This document shows positions 51,456-63,180 of a DNA stretch of 64,000 nucleotides, piece after piece. The stretch is taken from positions 372,001 to 436,000 of the forward strand of contig CP075492.1 of the NCBI GenBank assembly GCA_021613535.1, in the 5' to 3' direction. Position numbers and translations under genes: made by a program. The notes beneath the pieces are model-generated. The model did no database searches. It was given only the letters and a program-made list of their open reading frames with translations, and was not told where the DNA came from. Within the stretch, counting starts at the first letter, position 1. Every line of letters starts with the position of its first letter. This stretch comes from Adineta vaga. Taxonomy: Eukaryota > Animalia > Rotifera.

Positions 51456-51508
51456 CTCGAGGGTGTGGGTGTGGGTGAGGGCTCAGAGCATAGCCACACC
51501 CACACCCA
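51456..51508. repeat. Telomere-repeat hairpin element at a gene breakpoint
   Basis: ctcgagggtgtgggtgtgggtgagggctcagagcatagccacacccacaccca. Confidence 0.85.
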
Positions 51509-51885
51509 TGAGGCTCGAGTTTTGGCGGTACAAGGTATCGTAATTGGATGTTTTGTGTCTCTGTCCTTGGGCAGTCTTTTCTTAGCACACGGGTAATTAA
51601 TGGATTTGGATCCAGAAAGCAACCTGTATTATCAACAGCGTATTGTGTTCCATCAATGGGGTTCGAAGATGGTGAGCCTTGATATGAAGAAATGTTAACA
51701 CTAGCACTAGGATCATAATTGTCAGTAACGCTGTATGTACTGATAGATCCGATATCAGAGGTGGAAAATTGGCCAACATTATCATTGCGGTTCGTTATAA
51801 AATCACGAAATTCCGGAAGAAAGACTTAGCCATCGTTATTGAGATCAGCTTTGTTGAAAATATCTTCTACCACATCGACGCTCAT
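51505..51885 (-). pseudogene. 5' fragment of an EF-hand protein gene with DPNP..QNIxLRYLxPP motif
   Basis: MSVDVVEDIFNKADLNNDG*VFLPEFRDFI...FLDPNPLITRV..TQNIQLRYLVPPKLEPHG. It has one in-frame TAA and runs directly into TGTGGG repeats. Confidence 0.7.
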
Positions 51886-52639
51886 GATCAATGATACACA
51901 CTACTTGTATTCTGTTCGAAAGAGTCTTATGAAATGATCACGACTAATGCAATTGATAGTCTTATTTTCCAACCATTTTATACCTACAGATTCCCTTTCA
52001 CAACCACTTTGATACAAGTTCCCAGATAAAAAAATATTTTCTCTCGTCTAGTAACACGTGAAATTATTAACTCGCCCTAGTGGAGAATCAAATGTTAATC
52101 TTTGTGTCGAAAACAGGAAGTCGGGACTGAGAAAACTGCCATTAATAGTTTCATGTCTGTTAATACTACTCTCAAATAGCTTATGTATTTTGATTTCGAG
52201 AGTCCAGCACAAAGATATATTTACAATATTACACGGAAATGTAAGAGTAAATTGAAATAGTTATGCTAACTGAGTAAGTTGCTATAGTCATTTTTTGTCT
52301 AGTGTTTCGTATTGATTTTTGTTTGATGTGTATGTTTGTTAATTTAATCGGTAATAGTAAATTGGAATTAATATCGAAGGTTGTAATTTTCAATGAGTTA
52401 TAGGGTATGTTTCAAGTTATGTGTGAATTTTTATTTTCAATTGAATACGGAGGGTGAATAGTTATTCTAATATATGTTTGGAAAGAGAAATTCCATTGAA
52501 TGTGATTTTGAGATATTGTCTGTACACGAGATATGGACGATGATCGAGTTTGATTTTGATCTATATGATTAATTTGTTTCCATTTTAGCCGGTTTGTTAT
52601 TTAGTACTTTCGTTTCTCGAATTGGATCGATAACTCGTT

Positions 52640-53135
52640 TCATTTTCTAAATTATCTTATTTTTTAGTATGGATTTCAACGTTCGTTTCTGGATGGATTT
52701 ATCTTTTGCAGATGTTCGTTATGGATTACCAACAAACGCTTTGCGTTTATAGCGGGAGTCTTTGAAAATATTTGTTCTTAGGTTTGATGTATATTTCGTT
52801 TCATCGGTGAAAATCTTTCCTGGTATACATAGTGAAAGTATAGTTTACCTGGATCTGTTTTTTCCGATCGGAGACATGAATTGTGTTAGTTCATTATCGA
52901 TTTTATTAAATCCATTGTTATTATCAATGTTTTTAAGCATATTCCTTGCTACTTGCAATTATCGAGATGAAGATTTGCTCATAATCTGTTCGAGTATGAG
53001 AGTAAATTCTTTTTCATTTTGAAGAAATGATGATAATGATGAAGATGCATATTTCAGAAGAAACTTTTCAAGTCCGTTTTCTATCAATGAACTTGAATGA
53101 CTAGAGTAATTTTGAGAAACGGTTATCTTTAAGAT
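52640..53135 (-). mobile_element. Decayed C-terminus of an Athena-like (endonuclease-less Penelope-like) reverse transcriptase
   Basis: Manual translation across frameshifts: SSLIENGLEKFLLKY..SFLQNEKEF..SSR*LQVA..KLYFHYVYQERFSPMKRNIHQT*EQIFSKTP..FVGNP*RTSAKDKSIQKR. This resembles the post-RT region of bdelloid Athena ORFs (recognised from memory). Confidence 0.55.
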
Positions 53136-53862
53136 ATGGAAATTGCTGAAATAAACTTAACCATTATATCATAGCAAGGGAGATGCATACACTTCAAGAG
53201 AAGAACATGACGTGTAAAATAGAATTTGTATGTAATGTCATATCTAAGTCTATTAAAAACGAATTGCAACTAAGAATCAGCAGTGATACGCTATGTTTTT
53301 CATGCAGATTCTGGAAAACCGATTGTTTACGATTAATACAAATGAAGTAAGTGAAAATGAATCATATTTCAAATTATTTATAGAAGTTTAAACAAAATTT
53401 CACATAGAATTAATAACATTAAAATAACAAATCGAATAATAAATTAAAAATACATGCTATCAAAAGACGAAATTTCTCACTTTTTCACACATATGCGTCT
53501 ATCTTTTATTTTTGTTCAGTCATGAACCAGTTTTTCAACATCTACTGATAAAGTATATCAGATTCGAATGAACAAATAATCAAATGAAATAATCTTTCAT
53601 TGATCATGGTGATACATAGATAGTTTTTAATTAGTTTTAATTTCGAGAAAGATCGTTCATTACTCGGTGCGGTTACTGAAAATGGTTGAAACAAACCTAT
53701 ATAGTAAACTAGCACGAATTGGCAATATCATTGATATCAGAATATTAAATAGTTGTAAGTGATAATTGCTTTCTCTCTTGTACCAATAATAAATCATCAT
53801 TTAAATCAGGCACAATTTTAATTAAATTTTTCGCATCAATTTCATCGAAATTATTCACAATT

Positions 53863-54130
53863 AGGAGTATACATAGTTCGGTTGAACGAACTCAACCTTT
53901 TGAGCAATTCAGCTCATACGAACCGAATTCTATTAAGAATTCTTTTCGTAAGTGTTCCTCGAAATTATTTTCATAACAGAACAATTTTGTACTATTATGA
54001 GAACTGTATTTCCGGGTATTGAGTAATATTGTTCTGTTATGGGAATAATTTCGAAGAGCTCTTACAAAAAGAATTCTTGATAGAATTCGGTTCGTATGAT
54101 CTGAACTAGAACTGAACTATGTGTACTCCT
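53863..54130. mobile_element. Foldback MITE
   Basis: Long inverted arms (aggagtatacatagttc / gaactatgtgtactcct; tcatacgaaccgaattctat / atagaattcggttcgtatga), with AATT on both flanks. Confidence 0.88.
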
Positions 54131-54275
54131 AATTCTCACTTGTCAAAAATGATCATTTTGTTTTCGGTTTCTTTCTTTATTGAATATTTTTATTAAAAGT
54201 TGATGAAGGACATGAGTATCATAGTTTATTTACAGATTCGATAAGAAGAAAACAAAAAGAAAAAAAAGACGTGAT

Positions 54276-57200
54276 TTATCTTCGTACAGTAATATTTAAA
54301 TACCTCTGTATATTAGTTCGATATTCAGCAACATTCTTATGAAATTGACTTTTGTAAACTTTGGATGGTAATATATATATAACAAAAGTAAGCATAGGTG
54401 GAATATATGAAATAAGATATCCAATAAGAAATATCCATGCATCATTGCTTGATTTCATACATTTCGATGCAAAAGATATAAGTAAACGTGGTAATGCAAG
54501 AATAACTAACATAATAGGAGCAGTCAATAAATGTTTATGGGTTTCAAATTGTTTTCGTAAAAGTTCTATATAAGTTTGATTAGTTTGAACATTTGCTTGT
54601 TGACGAGATTTCTTTAGTATAAGAATAACAGCTGAAATTAGATTGATTAGAAATGGAACAATAAAATGAATTGTATTTATAATAGAATTGAATGTATTTA
54701 AACCAGATGGATAAGTAGTAATACACCATATTCTTTTTTCGTCTTCATTTTCTTCATCAATTAAACGTCGATAAAAAGGATCATGAATAGATGTACCAAT
54801 ATTAATAACTAAAAGAATAATAATAGCTAATTTAGCCCCTTGTTTACTTTTTTTCTTATTAAAACGAGTAGCTTGTATTACAGTTATTGCTCGTTCCATA
54901 GCTACACACGCATTTAACCATTGATCCATATTAAGACAAACTCGTAGAAGAAAATCAAGAGAAATACATTGAATTTTTAAAAATAATCTATTTGATATGA
55001 TTGTTATTTGTGCAAGAAGAAGTATGCAAAATTTTAATCCGAATATTATCATTATAAATAGAGTAGTAATAGATGAACCTAATAGATATACACCACAACC
55101 AACTTCAAGTATTGTTTTAGTTTTAAATGTTATCATAGAAAGAACACCATCAATTAATCCAATCACAATAAAAATTATAGTTAATGTTAAACTAATTTTT
55201 ATAATAACTGGTTGATATATGATGTTAATATTCGGTAGAATATGATAACCTAAAATAGCATCAAGTGATAAATCAAATCCACTTGTACTAAATTGACATC
55301 GTGTTCCATAATAACATAAAGGACAAATACATATTGATTTATGTGGACAATTTGGATGATCTTGAAAACATTGACCATCATTTTCACAAACATTTTGTTC
55401 TAAACAATTAAATTTCATATTATGATCAAATTCAAAACAATTAGCTAAACGTTTTTGATTAAAATCATAACATAAACAAAGATGAATATCATCATAAAAA
55501 CATTTTAAATTTGATGAATATAATTCACATATTAAATGATAATATTTAATACGACGAATAAGATCTAATTTAGCAAAACTTTCATTAAATAATTTACTTA
55601 TATGTTGACAATGATCAGATGGATTTATTATTTTAATAATTGTTGTTGATTGATTGTAAATAGTTTGATGAACACCTAAATAATAATTCTGATGAAAAAG
55701 TTCAATAAAAACAAGATGAAATGGTTGTGACCAATAGATTATAATTGAATCTTGTCTAATAGAAATCATTTTAAATGTTGTTGCTCTATTTGGAATATTA
55801 TTTTTAACAACTTCTATAAAATGAATAAATATTGATTGTGATCGAATAATACTTTTTTCAAAAGATAAAATAAGTTTATTATCAACTGTTTCACATTGAT
55901 CTCCAATAAATCCTTTTGAACAAATACATATAAATTTTTGATTATATATCATATAATTATCATTAGGAATACATTGACCATCATTTTGACATGTTGAATT
56001 TTGACAGATTGAACTAGGAACAAGACATCGAGAACCAAATTTATCAATAGGACAAATACATATAGATCGATTGTTAGGTAAAACACCAATACATAATGAA
56101 TCATTAGAACATTGACAAAATTGTTGAATATTACAATATTTTCCAAACCATTCTCTATCACATTTACAAAAAGTTATATTTTCTGCATTATTTAAATATT
56201 TAATGCATTTCCCATGATTACATTGATTATTGGAACAAGTTTGAATATTTTTATCATCTTTGTGTGGAATATCAACTATTAATGCTAAACGATGAACAGG
56301 TAAAAATGGAAAATAAATAGGAAATAAATAACTTCCACGATAAGTTAATGAAATTCTTTCATAAATATCAATATGTATCGAATAATTTCTTTTTAAATCT
56401 TTTGGTCGAGTTGAATAAGTTAAATAAATATTAGATTTCATTTTACAATGTTTTATAGATAAATAATTTAATTGTTCATATGAATGAATTATTCTTTGAT
56501 CAGTATTATCAATAAGTAAAATAATTATTGAAAATGGTATTTGAAAAGAATCGAATAATACTCGAATTTGTAATGTTAAACTTATTCTTTCATTTTGATA
56601 TTGACATTTATTACCATAATAACTAGGTGGACAAAGACATGTTATTCGTCTTGAATTATTTTCATTATTCGACCAAACATGTAAAACAACACCACGATTA
56701 CAATTATATTGAACTTGTTCAGATATTTTATTCATAATTGGATTTAATAATATATTATTTTCGATATTTTTTGATTTGTCTTCGATTTTATTATCCATTC
56801 TACCGAGTGAAAAATATATGAGATGTTGTTTAACAAAGATCTTCATACGGTTACATATAAACTGCTCAATATCAGAAGCAAATGGTAAAACAGATGGTTG
56901 ACAAATACTAACATCTAATTCTTGATATGTTCGATTTTTTTCACAGAATTGTTCATCACTTCCATCAATACAATCTTGATCACCATCACATAGATAAAAA
57001 AATGGAATACAATAACCACTGTTTCCCTTTATACAATGAAAATTATTTCTATTGTATAACACATACAGCATACGTTGACATAGTAACGTTTCATCAGAAC
57101 CTCCAATACAATCGATATTACCGTCGTTTGCTTTCGTAATAGGTAAACACATAAATTTATTCGTATGAGGCGAAACACATATGTGATCATTCGGAGAACA

Positions 57201-58967
57201 ATTTAATAATGAAAATGAATTACAGCCAATTTCATCCGCACCATTAAGACAATTCCATAAACCATCACAATGAGTATAAATATTATTACATTGCCATTGT
57301 TCACATTCTGTTTCATCTGTATGATTTTGTTCACCAATAAGTATTGGTGCTAATTCAACGAATCCATCACAAATTGTTTGAAATAATATGTGTTTTCTTA
57401 CATATCGAAACATCACTTTTATGTTTTCGGGATACGCATAAAAAGCACTTGTGACTTGGTCTGGTAAAATAATATGACTAACATAAAGAATATTTTCATC
57501 ATCTCCATTAGGACAATCGATTATGTTATCCATAATTTTGCTCATCGAAATGCATTGAATTGAATTATTACATCGATAAATATCTGAATTGTTACACATT
57601 CTAGAAATATAATTAGAACTTTGATTATATTTTGACATGTAATGATACTCCCAAAGATCACGATAGTAAGGTAATAAATACTGTTTATCCCAGCCGTGGG
57701 TTGAATGATATAGAAAAAGTCTATTTTGACGATAATAACATATTGTATTATTGAAATATACTTTTGATGAATTTATAAAATAATTATCATAAATTGAATT
57801 ATTATAACATACGTAAGGATAACCAAAATCTGAATTATCTAAATTATTTGAAGTTTTTGAATGATTTTTTCTATACGCAAAATAAATTTGACCGAATAAA
57901 ACTGGAATAGCTGGAATAAACATCATGTCTGGACATTCTCTCTCAATAACTTCATTACATTCATCATCAAAACAATAATTCTGACAAATTGAAGCACCTA
58001 AAAGATCCCAGTAAATTTTACATATGAATGAAAACCAACAATCATCAGATATAGAAATATACTTGACAGAAAACATGGCACGTAATAATATACTCTCTCG
58101 TTGCGAAAAATACGAACTTGTCAAAAACTTATCATTACGCCTTATATCATCGCAATTAAATGATGGTTCTGTCTTTTCACAAAGAGTAAGACCGAGGCTA
58201 AGTCGATAATAATCATCAACTTCGTCAAGACAATAACTATCATTAATATTATCTTGAATAAATGATTTTAATATACATTGTCCATTAGGACATTGAAATT
58301 CATTATCTTGACATGTATTCATTTCAAGTTGCCAACAATGTTCTTCATCAAATTCACCATCAAGACAATCAACTTTTCCATTACAAATTTCACTCCAATC
58401 TAAACATGATGGATAAGGACCACGATAACATTCTAAATGTGTATAACAAGTTACAATTTCTGGATTGTATTCACGTTTGTGATAGAAATCATAAATAATT
58501 TCATATAAAGATGAATAATTTTCATGATAATTATATAATTCATATTGACACATAGAACCGAATCTTGGTAATGTACAATTATAGAAAACACGTGTTGCTA
58601 AAGATGATGATGTTGATAATTGATTTAAATAAGATTGATAATCTTCAATAATATCCATTGGTGTTGACCAATCATATAATTGTTGACTTGTTATACGTTG
58701 TTTTGAAAGTTCATCAAAAGTAAATTTTTCAAATAAAACATTCTTCTTTTCAATATGAAAGTCTGATGGTAATTCATCTATACAATATAATACTATTTGA
58801 TGATGATCTTGACTTTCTTTAATAAGAGTAAGAACACGTAAACAATCATGTTGTGATCCATTATTATCATTGTTATTTGTCCAGTTTGTATAATAAAGAT
58901 TGATGTGTGGTGTAGCAACAGTTAAATGGATCAGAACACAATAGAATAGATTTATCAATTGAAACAT
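54276..58967 (-). CDS. LDLa- and EGF-repeat rhodopsin-class GPCR (1563 aa, intronless)
   Basis: Signal peptide, multiple LDLa (CDGDQDCIDGSDEQFC) and EGF repeats, and seven TM segments with CVAMERA. Confidence 0.93.
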   Translation of the reverse strand: MFQLINLFYCVLIHLTVATPHINLYYTNWTNNNDNNGSQHDCLRVLTLIKESQDHHQIVLYCIDELPSDFHIEKKNVLFEKFTFDELSKQRITSQQLYDWSTPMDIIEDYQSYLNQLSTSSSLATRVFYNCTLPRFGSMCQYELYNYHENYSSLYEIIYDFYHKREYNPEIVTCYTHLECYRGPYPSCLDWSEICNGKVDCLDGEFDEEHCWQLEMNTCQDNEFQCPNGQCILKSFIQDNINDSYCLDEVDDYYRLSLGLTLCEKTEPSFNCDDIRRNDKFLTSSYFSQRESILLRAMFSVKYISISDDCWFSFICKIYWDLLGASICQNYCFDDECNEVIERECPDMMFIPAIPVLFGQIYFAYRKNHSKTSNNLDNSDFGYPYVCYNNSIYDNYFINSSKVYFNNTICYYRQNRLFLYHSTHGWDKQYLLPYYRDLWEYHYMSKYNQSSNYISRMCNNSDIYRCNNSIQCISMSKIMDNIIDCPNGDDENILYVSHIILPDQVTSAFYAYPENIKVMFRYVRKHILFQTICDGFVELAPILIGEQNHTDETECEQWQCNNIYTHCDGLWNCLNGADEIGCNSFSLLNCSPNDHICVSPHTNKFMCLPITKANDGNIDCIGGSDETLLCQRMLYVLYNRNNFHCIKGNSGYCIPFFYLCDGDQDCIDGSDEQFCEKNRTYQELDVSICQPSVLPFASDIEQFICNRMKIFVKQHLIYFSLGRMDNKIEDKSKNIENNILLNPIMNKISEQVQYNCNRGVVLHVWSNNENNSRRITCLCPPSYYGNKCQYQNERISLTLQIRVLFDSFQIPFSIIILLIDNTDQRIIHSYEQLNYLSIKHCKMKSNIYLTYSTRPKDLKRNYSIHIDIYERISLTYRGSYLFPIYFPFLPVHRLALIVDIPHKDDKNIQTCSNNQCNHGKCIKYLNNAENITFCKCDREWFGKYCNIQQFCQCSNDSLCIGVLPNNRSICICPIDKFGSRCLVPSSICQNSTCQNDGQCIPNDNYMIYNQKFICICSKGFIGDQCETVDNKLILSFEKSIIRSQSIFIHFIEVVKNNIPNRATTFKMISIRQDSIIIYWSQPFHLVFIELFHQNYYLGVHQTIYNQSTTIIKIINPSDHCQHISKLFNESFAKLDLIRRIKYYHLICELYSSNLKCFYDDIHLCLCYDFNQKRLANCFEFDHNMKFNCLEQNVCENDGQCFQDHPNCPHKSICICPLCYYGTRCQFSTSGFDLSLDAILGYHILPNINIIYQPVIIKISLTLTIIFIVIGLIDGVLSMITFKTKTILEVGCGVYLLGSSITTLFIMIIFGLKFCILLLAQITIISNRLFLKIQCISLDFLLRVCLNMDQWLNACVAMERAITVIQATRFNKKKSKQGAKLAIIILLVINIGTSIHDPFYRRLIDEENEDEKRIWCITTYPSGLNTFNSIINTIHFIVPFLINLISAVILILKKSRQQANVQTNQTYIELLRKQFETHKHLLTAPIMLVILALPRLLISFASKCMKSSNDAWIFLIGYLISYIPPMLTFVIYILPSKVYKSQFHKNVAEYRTNIQRYLNITVRR

Positions 58968-59599
58968 TTTTGCGTATTTTACACAATAAAAAATGAATAT
59001 AATTATGCGTATTTATACAGATTTTTTTTCTGCTTCTTCTTTGAAAGTATCTGTAGGCGTTTTCATTCGTAAAAAATTCTCATGAAAAAGGAACAAATGA
59101 ATTTGTTCCTATTTGCGTAGTTGCTGACGTAAATTGGAATAATTATCATATATCATTGTTCGCAATTTAGTTTTTTTTCTGACATAGATTAGAATAGATT
59201 TCTTTGTTTTATTATTGATACATCTGTCACATGATTAAACTACAAAAAAAGATTTTATCTAATAGAACATTTGATTAATATGTTTTATAATTAATATTGA
59301 AGGGTAACGTTTAAGGTTGACCAGACATTGTGAGAACATTAAATAAAAAAAACTCAATTTTATTTTATGAAATATTCAAGAAAATTCTTATGATTAGTTA
59401 TACAAAATTCATTTCTGTATAGCAGTTAGTTTAAAGTTTAAGATTGGAAATTTTCATTTATCGACAAAAATTAGACGAAATAGGACATACGGCTCTTCTA
59501 TTTTATTTTGACTTTTTTGAAGAAATGCTTTTTCTGAATTTCGTGAATTACAAGTTCTTGAGAAATCCTAAACCTTAAATTACCAAAAACATCACTGAG

Positions 59600-60070
59600 T
59601 GTTAAGAAACTGAAATATAGGTACGGAACGAATGAGTCTCAAGGAATCCAATGAAGTCGGGCAACTAAAAAGGGCCAAGGGAAAGAGCAATATCATGATT
59701 AATAAGCAATTTAAGGATATGAAGCGCGTGAATATCTAATGGTAATAATGTAACTAAGGATCTTGAATTTATATTAATAATTCTGCAATTGTGTTGTATG
59801 AAAATATTGTTAATTGCATTGATGAACTTCGCATTGTACACAAATGAGTTTCTTGATATTTTTTAGTGGCATGGCAGTTTATGATGAAGATGTAGTGAAG
59901 CGATTTGATGCGTTATAGCGTTTTCCAGGAAATTCATTTTCCCCACAGCTATATGAGACAATATACCCGACTTTAGGTATGATTTCCGTAATAGGAATAA
60001 TGAAGACAGATTTATCGTGTTTCACATTTTGAATCCTGCAAAGGATTGCGCTGAAAGATTTTTCTGAATA
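59600..60070 (+). pseudogene. Decayed gene remnant related to the TPR fragment at 14019-14461
   Basis: acagatttatcgtgtttcacattttgaatcc..ggattgcgct matches the reverse complement of about 14325-14375. The left boundary is approximate. Confidence 0.45.
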
Positions 60071-61099
60071 CTGTAAAATAAAATTGTGTCTTATAGAAAA
60101 ATTCGTTAGTAAATCACATCGAATTTGTCTTTATATATTCATGTTTCTAATGTATCTTATCTTGTGAAAACGTGGCCATTTTTATTGTTGTCATCTATTC
60201 GATATGATACATTGTGTGGTCAATGTAAACGATGAAATTGAGCTTGAAAATCTAAACCCGTTTCATATTGTTTTAATAAATTTTCTGTTGTCTACACAAA
60301 ATAAAAGAATATAATTAACAAATAGTATTCAGCAGTCCTCAATATCAAATAACACATGTAGATCTTTATTTTGTAATTGAATTGTAGGAGCATTTGTAGA
60401 AATCATGATTTGACATGTAAATAATAGAAGAAGAACGAATTAAAAAAAAATAATCTTATTTTGAAACGATTTTTTTGAAATGAATCAATAAAGATTATGC
60501 ATGATGTTTTAATACGATTAAGCAGCAAATATCACAAATGATATTGTTTTAATTTACTCTTGAAAATGTGGAATTATATATAACAATGTCATTTAAATGA
60601 AATCTAGGTCAGTCAGACTACTAAAATGCATATTTATTCAAAATATATTATACGATCGAGGTGCGTTGTTCTCATTTTTTTTAATACACACTCACACCAT
60701 AGAAATCACAGTATTTATGTAAATCTAAAATAATTCAAGAGTTTTGGTATAGTTTTGATTACGGATTTCGTTATTTTATGATCGTTTTTGAAACTTTACG
60801 ATCATCAAAGGAATAAATCCATAGTCAAAACTATACCATAGGTTTATATCAAAATCAGAGTATATATACGTATGTATAGCGCTCTACGCCTGGCTTTTGC
60901 CCCCGTATTTTATGTAATTTAATATTTTCTCTCTTATCTTTCTCTTTTATTGACGAATATAAAAACGTATTTTTTTTTCTCTCTATCAGAACGATGCAAC
61001 TATTGAGAGAAAGAGAAAAAAAAAGAAAAGATTCAAGGTTGTGAGTGTTATACTAATCTCAAATTCACATTCTCAAATTTATATTATTTTTTTACAGAT

Positions 61100-62400
61100 T
61101 TTCTTTTATTAATTGAATCATTGTTTGACAATTTTGTAAATGAGAATGTTTTGATGATAATGATTGTTGTTCTATATGTAAATCATGTTGAAAATAAGTC
61201 AATGCTTTTACTAATTCATCAGTGTTGATATACACATAAATATAATTATATTAGGATGATTTGATGGAAATGTTTTTTCTTGTATTTGAAGTCATTTCAA
61301 ATAACACGAAAGTCATTTTGGAAAATTTTCAATTTTCATATAGATATTAATCAATATTCAAGTGAAAAACAATTCTTTTTTTAGAAGAAATTCCTAAAAA
61401 GATTTTTTCATCATTTCAAACGCTTATTCATAGTTAGTCAACTGACCATACATAATGCCAATGTTAGTATAGATTCAGATGAAATCAGAATGACTAGAAG
61501 AAAGAGAATTTTCATAGTTTTTGTTTGTCAATTCTTTTCGATAATAGATTAATGTTTCGATGTATTCATCAATATCAGAATATAATGAATCAATATTAGC
61601 ATTTCAAGAGATTAAAATTTAAGTTATCTGGAGAAAAAATTTTTAAAATAAAAAAGTGCTTTAGAATATTCCACCACATGATGACAAATAATATGAATGT
61701 TGTTATAAGATGCAATCAAAGATGGATGATCAGAAACAAGCGATTGTTGTTCAATTTCAAGAACTTTTTTGTTATATAAAACACCAATGTTATGACAAGA
61801 TTTTGCCAAATCTGGATGGTTTGATTAATTTTATAACATTTTCCGTAAATTTTTATTGTTTATTGTTAATATCTCTAAATTAATATAAAAGATAAACTTT
61901 TTCATTGTTTTGAGTAGCACGATTTAGTCAAATTTAATTTGACTTATTGCACTTTATCAAATTGTCCGATTTGAATGAATAATAAATTTAATTTCAATAT
62001 CATCCTTTTAAATTCGAAAATGTTTCTTGATTTATATAATTAGTTAATATCCGAAGATTTTTATCTTTTTTTATCAGTCGTAATTGATAAATTCATTTGA
62101 AAAAAAAATCGATTTGATTCATTTAATGTTTCAATATTATTGATTCGAAAGATTGTATATATTGAAAAGAAAATTTCCTCTTCTTTTACAGATGGATTTG
62201 TTAATTTCGAAGGATCAATTTTGATAGTAAATAGAATTGTTACAAAATATAAATCATTTTTATTATTTTCATCAGAAGTATAAGAAACTTAAAAATCTTT
62301 ATTAATCGATATAAAATAAATAAATTAATAATTTTTTCATTTAATGAATTTATATTTTGAGAACTTTTTAATATTAAATTGTAGTTTATATAATAAAATA
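61100..62400 (-). pseudogene. Highly decayed TPR (probably ART-TPR) gene
   Basis: HPDLAKSCHNIGVLYNKKVLEIEQQSLVSDHPSLIASYNNI, with many indels. Boundaries are approximate. Confidence 0.65.
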
Positions 62401-63117
62401 ATTTATGAATATTTCAATATGTTTATTTAATAATATTAAATCGATCAAGAACGAGTTATTAAAAATAATCTTATTAAATGAAAAATATTAATTCAAATTT
62501 TTTCTTAATAATTTTATTATATTTTAATTATTTTATATGTACAACTATTCATAATGTATTTATATCAAATTCATATTAAATAGAACTTGAAATTTCTAAA
62601 TTTATTTAATAATATTTTTATTAAATTAATATTGAATATCATTGATTATTTTAATATTTATATAAATAATTAAAATATAAATTTAATTTTTTGTTTATTT
62701 GAATATAGAATTTAAAAAAGAATATTTTTATCTATTTTATCAAATAATGAAACAATCATATTATATGATATATATATTTTTTTCTTTTCATTCATTATAT
62801 TAATAAAATAAATATGATTTTATACATTGAAATTTAATCTTCTTTGATGACTCGTTTATTCAAAAATATAATGAAATTTTTGATTAGTATGGAAAATTAA
62901 AGAAAATAATTTGTATTTTTAATCATGTTAATCAGATCATTTTCTTATTTATATTTATAGAAATTATGTTTGTTCTTTTTAAAAGGATGTAGATGTACAT
63001 TTTTTCTTTCATTTATTGAAATTTTTAAGATTTATTGATTTTTATTTTGATAAAATTGAATAATTTGAAATATTTTCATAAGATAACAAAAATGATAAAT
63101 CGAACTACAATTAATAA

Positions 63118-63180
63118 ATCCAAGGGGGGAAAAGCGGGATATAAATCACTAAATCATAAATCGCTTTTTTCCCCTTGGAT
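63118..63180 (+). repeat. 19-bp stem hairpin
   Basis: ATCCAAGGGGGGAAAAGCG-N25-CGCTTTTTTCCCCTTGGAT. Confidence 0.85.

Noticed and set aside
51452-51523. AAAACTCGAG...CTCGAGTTTT as a TIR or TSD of the hairpin element
   Set aside because: The right-hand copy is part of the host reading frame (K-L-E codons), and other hairpin copies lack it.
1372-51885. Alternative genetic code (TAA=Gln) or RIP-like mutation, suggested by several CAA-to-TAA type stops
   Set aside because: Intact genes end in TAA and have long stop-free ORFs in the standard code. C-to-T transitions are the commonest route to stops, and I cannot show an excess without counting.
52000-53300. Hammerhead ribozyme expected near a Penelope-like element
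   Set aside because: No CTGA.GA...GAAA core with flanking stems was found by eye; an Infernal search would be needed.
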